Shown: positions 16,249-25,001 of the stretch, one piece after another
Position numbering within the stretch: the stretch's first letter is position 1
Layout of the letters: the number at the start of each line of letters is the position of its first letter
Source of the DNA: an uncultured Oscillospiraceae bacterium
GTDB lineage: Bacteria > Bacillota > Clostridia > Oscillospirales > Ruminococcaceae
Length of the DNA: 63,233 nucleotides
Assembly: GCA_964370005.1 (NCBI GenBank)
Contig: CAYJGR010000004.1
Location: 1-63,233, forward strand
Direction of reading: 5' to 3'
Translations under genes and position numbers: made by a program
The notes under the pieces: model-generated
Databases searched by the model: none
Seen by the model: the letters and a program-made list of their open reading frames with translations, nothing else
Told to the model about the DNA's origin: nothing

Positions 16249-17326
16249 ATAGTTTTTGCAAATGATGTTTTATGAGGGGGGCTATGCTATTACAGGGGGA
16301 CTGCACCGTCACGGCGCCTATGTCATGTGCCACTTTGGGCATACCGTAGACCACACAGGATTGTTCATCTTGACCTATGGTGTAGGCGCCGGCCTTCTTC
16401 ATGGCCAAAAGCCCCTTTGCACCGTCGCCACCCATTCCGGTCAAAATTATGCCTATCATATCACAGGTGACGTTATCAGCCATGGATTGAAACAGCACAT
16501 CGACCGAGGGGCGGTGGCCGCTTACCTTTTCACCCGCAAGACAGGAAATAGTATATGTTCCGCCCGAGCGCATCACCCGCAATTGCAAATCTGCAGGGGC
16601 GACAAACGCAGTACCGGGTAGAATAGTGTCGCCATTCCTGGCCTCCTGTACCTTCATGTGACACAACGAGTTTAGGCGGTCGGCGTACATACGTGTAAAG
16701 CCTGTAGGCATATGTTGTACGATGAGCACACCGGGGGAATCGGCAGGGAGGTTTCTCAGTATCTCAAGCGTGGCCTCGGTACCGCCGGTCGAGGCGCCTA
16801 TTGCTATAATAAACTGATTTTTGGTCAAACATAGGGGATGAGGTGGCGAGGGTTTGGCACTCCTTTTCGGAGGGAATGGCATGGTGGTGGCGGCCGGCGG
16901 TGCAAGGTGGGTAGCAGTTCGACTTTGTACCCGTGCGCATGAGGCGATCATAAGCTTTTCGGCAAGACTGCGCAGGAATACATCCTTATTGTGGGTACTA
17001 TCCGGCTTGCGCACAAAATCTATAGCACCTGCGGCCAAAGCATCAAATACCCGCAAACCCAGCGAGGATACAAGTATGACAGGGAGAGGGTGTCGGGGTA
17101 GAAATTCTTTTAAAAACTCAATACCACTGCGACCGGGCATCTCGACGTCCATCGTGACAACATCGGGGCAAAGGCGCAATATCTTGGTCTGGGCATCGCC
17201 CGCATCCACGGCGTACCCCACAACCTCAAACAAAGGGTTTTTGTTCAAGGCTTCGATGATTGTCATGCGAGCGACAAGTGAATCGTCTACAACAAGCACT
17301 CGAATTTTTTTTGATTGCGTAGTCAC
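16247..17326 (-). CDS. cheB: Chemotaxis response regulator protein-glutamate methylesterase CheB
   Basis: REC domain (IRVLVVDDSLVARM...DVVTMDVEMPGRSG) plus methylesterase domain (IAIGASTGGTEA...HMPTGFT...GMGGDGAKG). Confidence 0.95.
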   Translation of the reverse strand: MTTQSKKIRVLVVDDSLVARMTIIEALNKNPLFEVVGYAVDAGDAQTKILRLCPDVVTMDVEMPGRSGIEFLKEFLPRHPLPVILVSSLGLRVFDALAAGAIDFVRKPDSTHNKDVFLRSLAEKLMIASCARVQSRTATHLAPPAATTMPFPPKRSAKPSPPHPLCLTKNQFIIAIGASTGGTEATLEILRNLPADSPGVLIVQHMPTGFTRMYADRLNSLCHMKVQEARNGDTILPGTAFVAPADLQLRVMRSGGTYTISCLAGEKVSGHRPSVDVLFQSMADNVTCDMIGIILTGMGGDGAKGLLAMKKAGAYTIGQDEQSCVVYGMPKVAHDIGAVTVQSPCNSIAPLIKHHLQKL

Positions 17327-17343
17327 CGTTAATCTCTCCCTAA

Positions 17344-18162
17344 CTAATCACGTCTGTAAATTGCCGGTGCGACCATCTTGTAAAAATCGTTTCTTCTAAG
17401 GGACTCGGAATGACTTATGAAAAGATACCCTCCCGGCACTGTAGCATCATGAAAACGGCGCAACAGCACCTCGCGGGTGGGTTCGTCAAAATATATCATA
17501 ACATTGCGACAAAATATTACGTCAAATTTACGCTTAAAAGATATTGGTTCCATGAGGTTGAAGTAACGATAAATAACATTTTGGCGTATGTGTGGGGCGA
17601 TCGAAAACATGCCGGGGGTCTCGGCGGGAACAAAATGCTTTTGTAGCCAACCGTTTGGCATGTCATTGGGTAAAGGGTATACGCCCTCCTTGGCCTTCGC
17701 AAGGGCATTGGCCGAAATGTCAGTAGCTAAAATGCGGGTATCCCACAACGAGGACTGTGCCCCAAAAAACTCCTTTATATACATGGATAGGGTGTAGGGT
17801 TCCTCGCCACTCGAACAACCGGCACTCCAGATGGACAACACACGCTCACGCTCATGTTTTTTTGCAAGGGCAGGCAACAAGGTTTTCTCAAAATAAGAAA
17901 AATGCTGTTTTTCACGCATAAAAAACGTGTAGTTGGTTGTAAGCTTGTTTATTATGAATTCAAGATCATCGGGCGAATTTTTTTCAAAAAAGTTGTTGAG
18001 GAACTCAGAAAAGCTGCTAAATCCTCGAATTTGCAAATGATGCGAAAGACGTGTGACAATCAGCTGTTTCTTACCTTTAAGATTTATGCCGTACTTTTCC
18101 CGCATGAAGTTCTCAAGTCGGGTAAAGTCACTATCAGACATGGTTAGGTTTTTCATCTGCAT
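17344..18162 (-). CDS. cheR: Chemotaxis protein methyltransferase CheR
   Basis: TNYTFFMREKQHF...SAGCSSGEEPYTL...DVIFCRNVMIYFD are canonical CheR SAM-methyltransferase motifs. Confidence 0.95.
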   Translation of the reverse strand: MQMKNLTMSDSDFTRLENFMREKYGINLKGKKQLIVTRLSHHLQIRGFSSFSEFLNNFFEKNSPDDLEFIINKLTTNYTFFMREKQHFSYFEKTLLPALAKKHERERVLSIWSAGCSSGEEPYTLSMYIKEFFGAQSSLWDTRILATDISANALAKAKEGVYPLPNDMPNGWLQKHFVPAETPGMFSIAPHIRQNVIYRYFNLMEPISFKRKFDVIFCRNVMIYFDEPTREVLLRRFHDATVPGGYLFISHSESLRRNDFYKMVAPAIYRRD

Positions 18163-18195
18163 CCCAATTATATACCCCTTTCCCGAGGCTCGGCA

Positions 18196-18666
18196 TCATA
18201 TTGAGAGTAGTCCGGCACAATCAAATATGAGCATGGTCTTTTGGTCGGGCAAACAACACATGCCGCTGACAAGGGAATGCTCCTGCTTTGCAGGGGCGGG
18301 CAATATGGTGTCCGAGTTCACACTGAGCATTTTGTCAACACCATCGACCAAAATCCCAAGCATTGATCCCGAGATGTTGAGCATTATTATACAGCTGTTA
18401 TCGGAATGGGGATGATTTAGCAGGGTGCGAACATCAAGTATAGGTAGGATTTGCCCACGTAGGTTTATAACCCCACGCACATGCTCGGGCAAAAGCGGTA
18501 CCGATGTTATGGCATGTGTGGTGATTATCTCTACCACATATTCCGACGATGCGCCGAACAAAATACCGCCCGAGGTAAAAAGCAGATATTTTTCACCCTC
18601 AATAAGTTGGGTTTCCACCTCTTGTTGTTCATCATGGGGAGCAAATAAAAATTCTTGTTGACTCAT
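18196..18666 (-). CDS. cheW: Chemotaxis coupling protein CheW
   Basis: YLLFTSGGILFGASSEYVVEII...PEHVRGVINLRGQILPILDVRTLL. Confidence 0.93.
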   Translation of the reverse strand: MSQQEFLFAPHDEQQEVETQLIEGEKYLLFTSGGILFGASSEYVVEIITTHAITSVPLLPEHVRGVINLRGQILPILDVRTLLNHPHSDNSCIIMLNISGSMLGILVDGVDKMLSVNSDTILPAPAKQEHSLVSGMCCLPDQKTMLIFDCAGLLSI

Positions 18667-18740
18667 ATAAATAATCTCCTATTCTGACACGGTATTATAA
18701 CCCTAAATCGGTGAACACAGTTTGTTTGTGAGAATTACGG

Positions 18741-20780
18741 TTAGGATGCACCGCTGTACAGCGTTTCGACATTTAGTATAACACTTATACTGCCGTCGCC
18801 CAAAATGGTGCAGCCCACAATGCCCTTATCCTTGATGCCAAAGCTGTTAAAATAGGGTGGGAGAGGCTTTACCACCACCTGCTGTTCGCCCAAAAGCTCG
18901 TCCACAAACAGGCAGTAGGATTGCTCATCCGAATCCAGCCACATGAGTATTCCCTGCGAAACATCGCTGATGCCATCAGATATGCCCAAAACGTTGCGAA
19001 GTCGCAAAACAGGGTAATATTGCCCCATACTGCGAAACAGCTCGCCGCCGTAAGCATCCTGCACAATGTCCTCTTCGGTTATCTTAAATGACTGGCGAAT
19101 ATTGCGAATAGGAACGGTGAACACCGAGCTACCCACCGCAACCTCCATGCCCGACATTATGGCCATGGTGAGAGGTATTTTAAGGGTGGTGGTCATGCCT
19201 TGGCCGGGGGTGCTGGATATGGAAATTGTACCACCCACGCTCTCGATGTTCTGCTTGACAACATCCATGCCCACACCACGTCCCGAAAACTCCGTAACAC
19301 TGGCATTTGTCGAAAACCCGGGTGCCAACAAAAATCCGAGTATCTCGCGGTGGGAATATTCAAGATCGGGTTGGGCAAGGCCGTTTCGTATGGCCTTTGA
19401 GAGCACGGCATCGTAATTTACACCCTGGCCGTCGTCGCTTATCTCTATTATAACTTCACCGCCGGTGTGGCGTGCCGAAAGTGTGATGGAACCCGTCGGG
19501 TCTTTGCCGACCGCCACACGCTCATCGGGACCGCTTTCAAGGCCGTGGTCCATCGAATTGCGCACAATATGCATAAGCGGATCGCCTATAGAGTCAACAA
19601 TGGTCTTATCGACCTCGGTTTCCTCGCCTATGAGGGTGAGGGTGGCCTGCTTGCCGAGTTTCTTGGCCATATCTCGCACTATGCGGTGCATTTTCTGGAA
19701 TGTGGCCGACACCGGTATCATGCGCAGTGACATGGATACATCCTGTAGTTCATCGGTGAGCTTGCGAAGTTGTCTTGCCGACTTTGAGAAGTTGGGCAGG
19801 CTTTGATCCTTTAGGTCGGGTGAACCTGTCACCATCGACTCGGTTATGACAATTTCGCCCACGACGGCAGCCAAATGGTCAAGCTTGCTGAGGTTTACAC
19901 TTATAAGGCTTTCCTTTGATAGCTGAGACACCTCGGATTTCGCCGCTGTTTTGTTTGCGGTGGGGCGCTTGGTGGCGGGGGTGTCGCTTGCGGTATCGAC
20001 GGCTGCCTGTGTTTCGGGTTCGGGGGCGCTGTCGATAGGCTGATATGTACGCACCGAGCCGGCCGAGGTCACCGACACAACGGCGGTATCACGGTCGGTC
20101 TTGTTCTTAAAAGAAAGTAAAAACCCCGAGGTGATAATCTGTTCGGCTGTCGTGGGATCACTCGCGACATTCTCGGGGGTAAATATAAAGTCATCCGATG
20201 CGCAAAACTCGGCTATAGATGTGACAAGCATCGAGGCACGCAAATTCTCCATGCCCACTCCCTCGTCAAAAAAGACCTGCAAACCAAATGGATAGGCGCT
20301 GTTTGTTGCCACAGAGGACATATCTGCAGAGGAACCGTTGGTCATGGCGCTTTCTTGTTCCTGTGGAGCCCCTTGAATTTGGCCGATCAAGCTATTAACT
20401 TTTCCCAGCAGGCTGTCGATATTCTCGGTGAGGGGCTGTTCGTTTTGGATGTTTTCGGCCTCAAGACGGAAAAAATCTATGCAAGCGAATAACAAATCAA
20501 ACAGCTCGGGACGACGCTCCTGTGGTACAATACTTATGGATTTATCCCGCACGATAGAGAATAAATCCTCGGCACGATGGGCTATTTTCATCATGGCAGT
20601 GAACTCCATCATGGCCGAAGCGCCCTTTATGGTGTGCATGATGCGGAAAATGCTGTTCACATCATCCTCCGAGAAGTCCTCCTGTTGCTCGGCCGACAAC
20701 ACAATGCTGTCCAGCTGTTCAAGCAGTGAATTTGTCTCGTAGAGAAATGCGCCCAATATGCTGTCATTACCTGCACTCAT
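18741..20780 (-). CDS. cheA: Chemotaxis histidine kinase CheA
   Basis: Hpt domain (FRIMHTIKGASAMM), HATPase domain (HIVRNSMDHGLE...DDGQGV...GRGVGMDVV) and a CheW-like C-terminus. The start at 20780 is preceded by GGGAAGGA. The ORF track N-terminal extension to 20975 looks like read-through. Confidence 0.93.
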   Translation of the reverse strand: MSAGNDSILGAFLYETNSLLEQLDSIVLSAEQQEDFSEDDVNSIFRIMHTIKGASAMMEFTAMMKIAHRAEDLFSIVRDKSISIVPQERRPELFDLLFACIDFFRLEAENIQNEQPLTENIDSLLGKVNSLIGQIQGAPQEQESAMTNGSSADMSSVATNSAYPFGLQVFFDEGVGMENLRASMLVTSIAEFCASDDFIFTPENVASDPTTAEQIITSGFLLSFKNKTDRDTAVVSVTSAGSVRTYQPIDSAPEPETQAAVDTASDTPATKRPTANKTAAKSEVSQLSKESLISVNLSKLDHLAAVVGEIVITESMVTGSPDLKDQSLPNFSKSARQLRKLTDELQDVSMSLRMIPVSATFQKMHRIVRDMAKKLGKQATLTLIGEETEVDKTIVDSIGDPLMHIVRNSMDHGLESGPDERVAVGKDPTGSITLSARHTGGEVIIEISDDGQGVNYDAVLSKAIRNGLAQPDLEYSHREILGFLLAPGFSTNASVTEFSGRGVGMDVVKQNIESVGGTISISSTPGQGMTTTLKIPLTMAIMSGMEVAVGSSVFTVPIRNIRQSFKITEEDIVQDAYGGELFRSMGQYYPVLRLRNVLGISDGISDVSQGILMWLDSDEQSYCLFVDELLGEQQVVVKPLPPYFNSFGIKDKGIVGCTILGDGSISVILNVETLYSGAS

Positions 20781-20912
20781 AATCAAAATCCTTCCCTTAT
20801 ATGTTCCTATTTCTGCTTCTCTATTTATTCGACCATTTCGGGAGAAAAATAAGGGGTAAAAAAATAAAATCAAATCTTTGCCCTTGAATTTGTTAATTTT
20901 TTTGTTAAAAGG

Positions 20913-20921
20913 TGCTATAAT
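20913..20921 (+). promoter_or_regulatory. Extended -10 promoter element (TGcTATAAT) for the 20969..23329 operon
   Basis: GGTGCTATAAT lies 48 nt upstream of the ATG at 20969. The -35 element is weak. Confidence 0.45.
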
Positions 20922-20968
20922 GTATATAAATTGTGCTCCGCAATGCGTCGGAAAGGAATGGTTACAAC

Positions 20969-22411
20969 ATGGCAAACTTAATGGGTATTACAAACCCGGC
21001 ACCGTCATATGATACTTCAAACAACAACAGGGCACTCCCCGTTGTGCAAAAACCGGGCGATACCCAAATACAAAACGTCATCGATCCAAGCCGTGTAAAC
21101 CGCTCGGATGCCCGAACCGATCAACAATCTGCCCAAAACAACCTTACCACCCAACAACGCTATGACTCCAACCTGCAAACGTTTTTGCAGACACTGCGTG
21201 AAGCCCCCGACCTTGCAAGCGAGCTTAGCCGACTGGTCACACTGCTGCGAGGCAGCGTCGATACGCCGGGGCTAAGCGAGGGCATCGCAAAGGAGATGGC
21301 CACTCTCCTGCAAACGCTCAAAATGGACGAGGCGACTTTCAAAGAGTTTTTCTTGGGTCAAATGCAGGCCAACAACCGCTTTTCGGGGCCATTGTTTGAG
21401 ATGCTTCGGCAGGCCTTTTCCCGCATGAATAACGATAGCATCCGTGAAGCCATTCTAAACTTTGCCAAACGTTACAGCGACTTTTCCTCCACTGAACATA
21501 TAACCAAAAACCTCTCCCGCCTACTCGGTACCTTGCCTGACTACATGCCCCAAAGCTGGAAAGGCAGTCTGCAAAATATGGCCTCCCAACTGCAAAATCT
21601 GCTCGATATGGGCAACCGTGGTGAGGCACTGCGCCTACTACAGGGGGATATACTTCCCTATCTTGCAAATTATGCCTCCCGTACAAATGATATGGGTGGT
21701 TCCCGCGTGCTCATAAGTATGCTCATGCTCGAGGTTGCCCGCTATGAGAACGGCGGTGAGGAGGGACTGCTTCTTGCCTTTAGACAACTCGGCGGATATG
21801 GTGGGGTGTTGTCGGGGCTAAGTCGCATGGAGGACAATGCCCTCATGCAACTGCTGCGTGATAACGCCTTCACCCGAGCGGGGGCAAATGATTTATTCTC
21901 GGCACAGCTCGCCCAGACAGCCTCGCAGGCCTTGCAGGGCACTATGGGGGTTGATATCCGAGATGCTTTCTCGGAAATTATAAAGGCACTGCTCATAAAC
22001 GAGAGTGTGTTCATGCCATTAAAACACGCCATGATACCCCTTGAGTGGCAGGGTAAGATGATGTACTCGGAATTTTGGGTTGACCCCAATGCCAAGGACG
22101 GCGGTGGTGGCGGCGACGAGGAAGGACAAGGGGACAAAATACAATTTCTCTTCAAGCTCGACATAGAGTCGCTCGGCTTTTTGGAGATGACGCTGGCCGC
22201 AAGGGGTGACCGTGTGGAGCTAAATGTATTTGGGCCCGACAGCGTGGCCGATAACGGCTCGATTATTGCCCGTGATTTGCAAAACATTTTAGAACTCAAC
22301 GGACTGCGCAGTCAAGGCATAAAGGTGCAAAAAGAGGAAAACCCCATAGCTATAACCCAAGTGTTCCCCGATTTGTTCGACGGAAGGAGTGGCGTGAATG
22401 TCAAAATTTAA
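20969..22411 (+). CDS. Hypothetical protein with a FliK-like (hook-length control, Flg_hook-type) C-terminal domain; YlqG-like position
   Basis: The C-terminus IQFLFKLDIESLGFLEMTLAARGDRVELNVFGPDSVA...LQNILELNGLRSQGIKV parallels the FliK C-terminus in this same window (VVLQLTPENLGKVVVELNLQGGILNVVLQVENESA...LGNMLQSSGQEVRV). It is translationally coupled to the FlhB-C paralog. Confidence 0.55.
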   Translation: MANLMGITNPAPSYDTSNNNRALPVVQKPGDTQIQNVIDPSRVNRSDARTDQQSAQNNLTTQQRYDSNLQTFLQTLREAPDLASELSRLVTLLRGSVDTPGLSEGIAKEMATLLQTLKMDEATFKEFFLGQMQANNRFSGPLFEMLRQAFSRMNNDSIREAILNFAKRYSDFSSTEHITKNLSRLLGTLPDYMPQSWKGSLQNMASQLQNLLDMGNRGEALRLLQGDILPYLANYASRTNDMGGSRVLISMLMLEVARYENGGEEGLLLAFRQLGGYGGVLSGLSRMEDNALMQLLRDNAFTRAGANDLFSAQLAQTASQALQGTMGVDIRDAFSEIIKALLINESVFMPLKHAMIPLEWQGKMMYSEFWVDPNAKDGGGGGDEEGQGDKIQFLFKLDIESLGFLEMTLAARGDRVELNVFGPDSVADNGSIIARDLQNILELNGLRSQGIKVQKEENPIAITQVFPDLFDGRSGVNVKI

Positions 22412-22745
22412 GGATGTGCCGACTGTGCCCTCCCGAGCGGTGGCACTGCAATACGATGGCAGCAAAGTGGCTCCAATAATAGTGGCCTCGGGAGCGGGAC
22501 ATTTAGCCGAGAGGATTGTAGAGGTTGCGGCCGAAAACGGTGTGCCGATATATGAGGACAACTCACTGGCGACGGTGCTCTCACAGCTTGAACTTGGCAG
22601 AGAGGTGCCGACCGAGCTTTATCAGGCCATCGTGGAAATTTACATATATTTTCTTAACTTTGACCCGAGCGATCCCGAGAAATACCGCCGAGAGCGAGAA
22701 ATGTTTGCAGATAATACACAATCAGTCATGGAGGGGAACACATGA
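22398..22745 (+). CDS. Stand-alone FlhB C-terminal-domain paralog (EscU/YscU/HrcU family; YlqH/FlhX-like)
   Basis: RAVALQYDGSKVAPIIVASGAGHLAERIVEVAAENGVPIYEDNSLATVLSQLELGREVPTELYQAIVEIYIYF aligns residue for residue with the FlhB segment HFAVALRYRSESDAAPIVLAKGQDELALRIIAVAEENNVLIVENVPLARALY...EIPSELYNAVAEVLVYL. The NPTH motif is absent. Confidence 0.85.
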   Translation: MSKFKDVPTVPSRAVALQYDGSKVAPIIVASGAGHLAERIVEVAAENGVPIYEDNSLATVLSQLELGREVPTELYQAIVEIYIYFLNFDPSDPEKYRREREMFADNTQSVMEGNT

Positions 22746-23329
22746 AATACAAATACACCATTCTCGACAGCCGAGGCGCACGTATAGGGTACGGTCTATC
22801 CAATGACAGCCCGGACAAAGACAGTTGGCATCTGATTGTCCAGGATGACAATATTGACAGGGTAGTAAAATACGAGTTTGTCAATCTTTTGGGGGCGGGC
22901 AAAGGGGCGCGCACCCTTGAGGCCAAGATTTTGCGCCAAGAGGGTGATATGATTGTGGTACAGGCTGTGCGCATGAGGGAAAATTTGCGTATGCCCACCA
23001 TATTTAACAGTTATATATACCCTGTAAACGGCAACTGGGAGGGTCGCCTACCTGTGGTGGGTGAGGATCTCAGCTGTGGTGGGGTGGCATTCTCTTGTGA
23101 TAGGGTGCTTGATGTGAATGAGCAGGTGGATATAGTAATCCCTGTGACCGCCAAGCCTATAATAATGACGCTCGAGGTACTGCGCCGCATAGACAGAGAT
23201 GGTGGCAAGGAGTTTTATGCCAGCAAATTTGTCGATATACTCCACGAAGAGGAAGTTCTCATCCGTGAGGCGGTATTCGGATTACAGTTAAAGGGCAAAA
23301 CAGCACCCCATATTGTAGATAGAAGTTGA
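22742..23329 (+). CDS. PilZ domain protein (YcgR/MotI-like c-di-GMP receptor)
   Basis: RxxxR (RENLR) and D-x-S-x-x-G (DLSCGG) motifs occur with PilZ spacing. The ATGA overlap with the upstream gene indicates coupling. Confidence 0.8.
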   Translation: MKYKYTILDSRGARIGYGLSNDSPDKDSWHLIVQDDNIDRVVKYEFVNLLGAGKGARTLEAKILRQEGDMIVVQAVRMRENLRMPTIFNSYIYPVNGNWEGRLPVVGEDLSCGGVAFSCDRVLDVNEQVDIVIPVTAKPIIMTLEVLRRIDRDGGKEFYASKFVDILHEEEVLIREAVFGLQLKGKTAPHIVDRS

Positions 23330-23366
23330 ATAAGCAGGAGATAAAATCCAGTATATGGTATATACA

Positions 23367-23404
23367 AAACGACACTTTGCGCACTTGCGAGGTGTCGTTT
23401 TTTG
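23367..23404 (+). terminator. Intrinsic terminator after the PilZ gene
   Basis: AAACGACAC ... GTGTCGTTT stem followed by TTTT. Confidence 0.75.
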
Positions 23405-23505
23405 TAATAAGCTACAAAAACACAGAGAATAAGGTGTATAATAATACACAATAAGGCATAAAAAGTGTCCTTAAAATGCAAAAGTATTCAATTTTCAGGG
23501 TATTA

Positions 23506-23535
23506 TTGCAACTTTTCGTATCAAATGTATATATT
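23506..23535 (+). promoter_or_regulatory. Candidate sigma-A promoter of the fla/che operon
   Basis: TTGCAA-18 nt-TATATT in an AT-rich 380 bp intergenic region upstream of flgB. Confidence 0.4.
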
Positions 23536-23722
23536 TAAGAGAATTTTAAGAAAAACACTCAAATATTTGGTTATTTTTGACTTACTTAAACTATGGTAAA
23601 AAAAAGTAAATTCGAGTATAATGAATTAGACAAGTATGCACAATATGGGTGGATTGTGTCCTTTTTTTAAAAACACTCGATAATTATGATGAAAAACATC
23701 CGAAAGGACGGTGAGTTTCACT

Positions 23723-24109
23723 ATGAATATTTTGTCTAACAACTCCATGTTTATGATGGAGCGTTCCATGGATTATCTGTGGACAAAACAAACCCACATA
23801 CTCGACAACATCGCCAATGTGGAAACGCCTGATTACAAGCCCACATATGCCACAACATTTGAAGAATCATTGCGCCAAGCGGTGCAGTCGGCCGATGCCG
23901 GAAGTCCTAAGAGTGGTGAGATGTACCGTTCCATTGCGGGGGCAGAGGTTAAGGTGGAGCAGGCCGATGTCAGCAATCGTCTTGACGGCAACGGTGTAAA
24001 TATTACAGCCGAGTCCATAGAGCTTTCACGCAACGCACTGCAAATTCAATATGTGATGAATGCAATATCCAGTGAATTGTCGCTGGTGCGCACGGCCATA
24101 AGAGGATAA
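23723..24109 (+). CDS. flgB: Flagellar basal-body rod protein FlgB
   Basis: ILDNIANVETPDYKP rod motif. The ORF track starts at GTG 23711, but ATG 23723 has better SD spacing. Confidence 0.9.
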   Translation: MNILSNNSMFMMERSMDYLWTKQTHILDNIANVETPDYKPTYATTFEESLRQAVQSADAGSPKSGEMYRSIAGAEVKVEQADVSNRLDGNGVNITAESIELSRNALQIQYVMNAISSELSLVRTAIRG

Positions 24110-24143
24110 TATGTGCCCAACGGGCAGAACGGAGTAGATACAT

Positions 24144-24587
24144 ATGGCATTTTTAGATTCTATGCGGGTTGTCGGTTCGGGTCTTACGGCACAAAAACTC
24201 CGACTTGATGTGGTATCGGAGAATATCACAAACATGAACACCACCAGAACAGAAGAGGGCGGGGCATACCGCCGTAAGATTGTGACATTTGAGGCACAAG
24301 AGGGGCAGACCACATTTGAGGCGGCTATGGCGCAGGCCAAAGGCACTACCCCCACAGGTGGCGGCGTGAAGGTCACCGGGATAATAGAGGATCAGTCCGA
24401 TTTTAAGCTGGTATATGATCCGACACATCCCGATGCAAATGAAGAGGGCTATCTTGAGATGCCCAATGTCGATTTGATTAAAGAGATGGCCGATGCAATG
24501 GCGGCCAGTCAGGCATTTTCGGCCAACACCACCGCCTTTAATACGCTCAGATCGGTGGCGGCCAGGGGGCTTGAAATAGGGAAATAA
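24144..24587 (+). CDS. flgC: Flagellar basal-body rod protein FlgC
   Basis: SGLTAQKLRLDVVSENITNMNTTRTEEGGAYRRK and the C-terminus EMADAMAASQAFSANTTAFNTL. Confidence 0.95.
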   Translation: MAFLDSMRVVGSGLTAQKLRLDVVSENITNMNTTRTEEGGAYRRKIVTFEAQEGQTTFEAAMAQAKGTTPTGGGVKVTGIIEDQSDFKLVYDPTHPDANEEGYLEMPNVDLIKEMADAMAASQAFSANTTAFNTLRSVAARGLEIGK

Positions 24588-24621
24588 CATAGAATAAAAT
24601 GTGTTTTTTAGGAGGATTCAT

Positions 24622-24927
24622 ATGGATTTTCAGCCGATTCAATCGATACAGCCTCTCTTTACGCCCGAAAACGGCACAAACGAGGCTTCCGGCACACAAG
24701 CGGACAGGGGGATGTTTGCGGACATATTTCAGTCGGCAATTGACAATGTAAAAGAGACCGAGGCTATAAAGAATGATGCACAATACCGTTTGGCTACAGG
24801 GCAACTTGATAATCCGGCCGAGCTCACCATAGCAGCAACACAGGCGGCGACCTCGGTGGAACTGCTGGTTCAGCTTCGCAACAGAACGCTTGAGTCCTAC
24901 AATGAGCTGATGCGTATGGGTCTATAA
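24622..24927 (+). CDS. fliE: Flagellar hook-basal body complex protein FliE
   Basis: FADIFQSAIDNVKETE...ATSVELLVQLRNRTLESYNELMRM. The ATG at 24622 is preceded by AGGAGGA. Confidence 0.9.
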   Translation: MDFQPIQSIQPLFTPENGTNEASGTQADRGMFADIFQSAIDNVKETEAIKNDAQYRLATGQLDNPAELTIAATQAATSVELLVQLRNRTLESYNELMRMGL

Positions 24928-25001
24928 AGATTTTCAAATAAAATGTGTAGGAATGAGTTGATCGAGCATAGCACCTCAAACAATAGCCGGGGGTAACAAC
25001 A

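Noticed and set aside
20781-20975. A 65-aa N-terminal extension of CheA in the ORF track (MPCCNHSF...).
   Set aside because: The extension runs through the AT-rich divergent promoter region and overlaps the start of the opposite-strand gene. A strong SD (GGGAAGGA) precedes the internal Met at 20780, where CheA-like sequence (the Hpt domain) begins.
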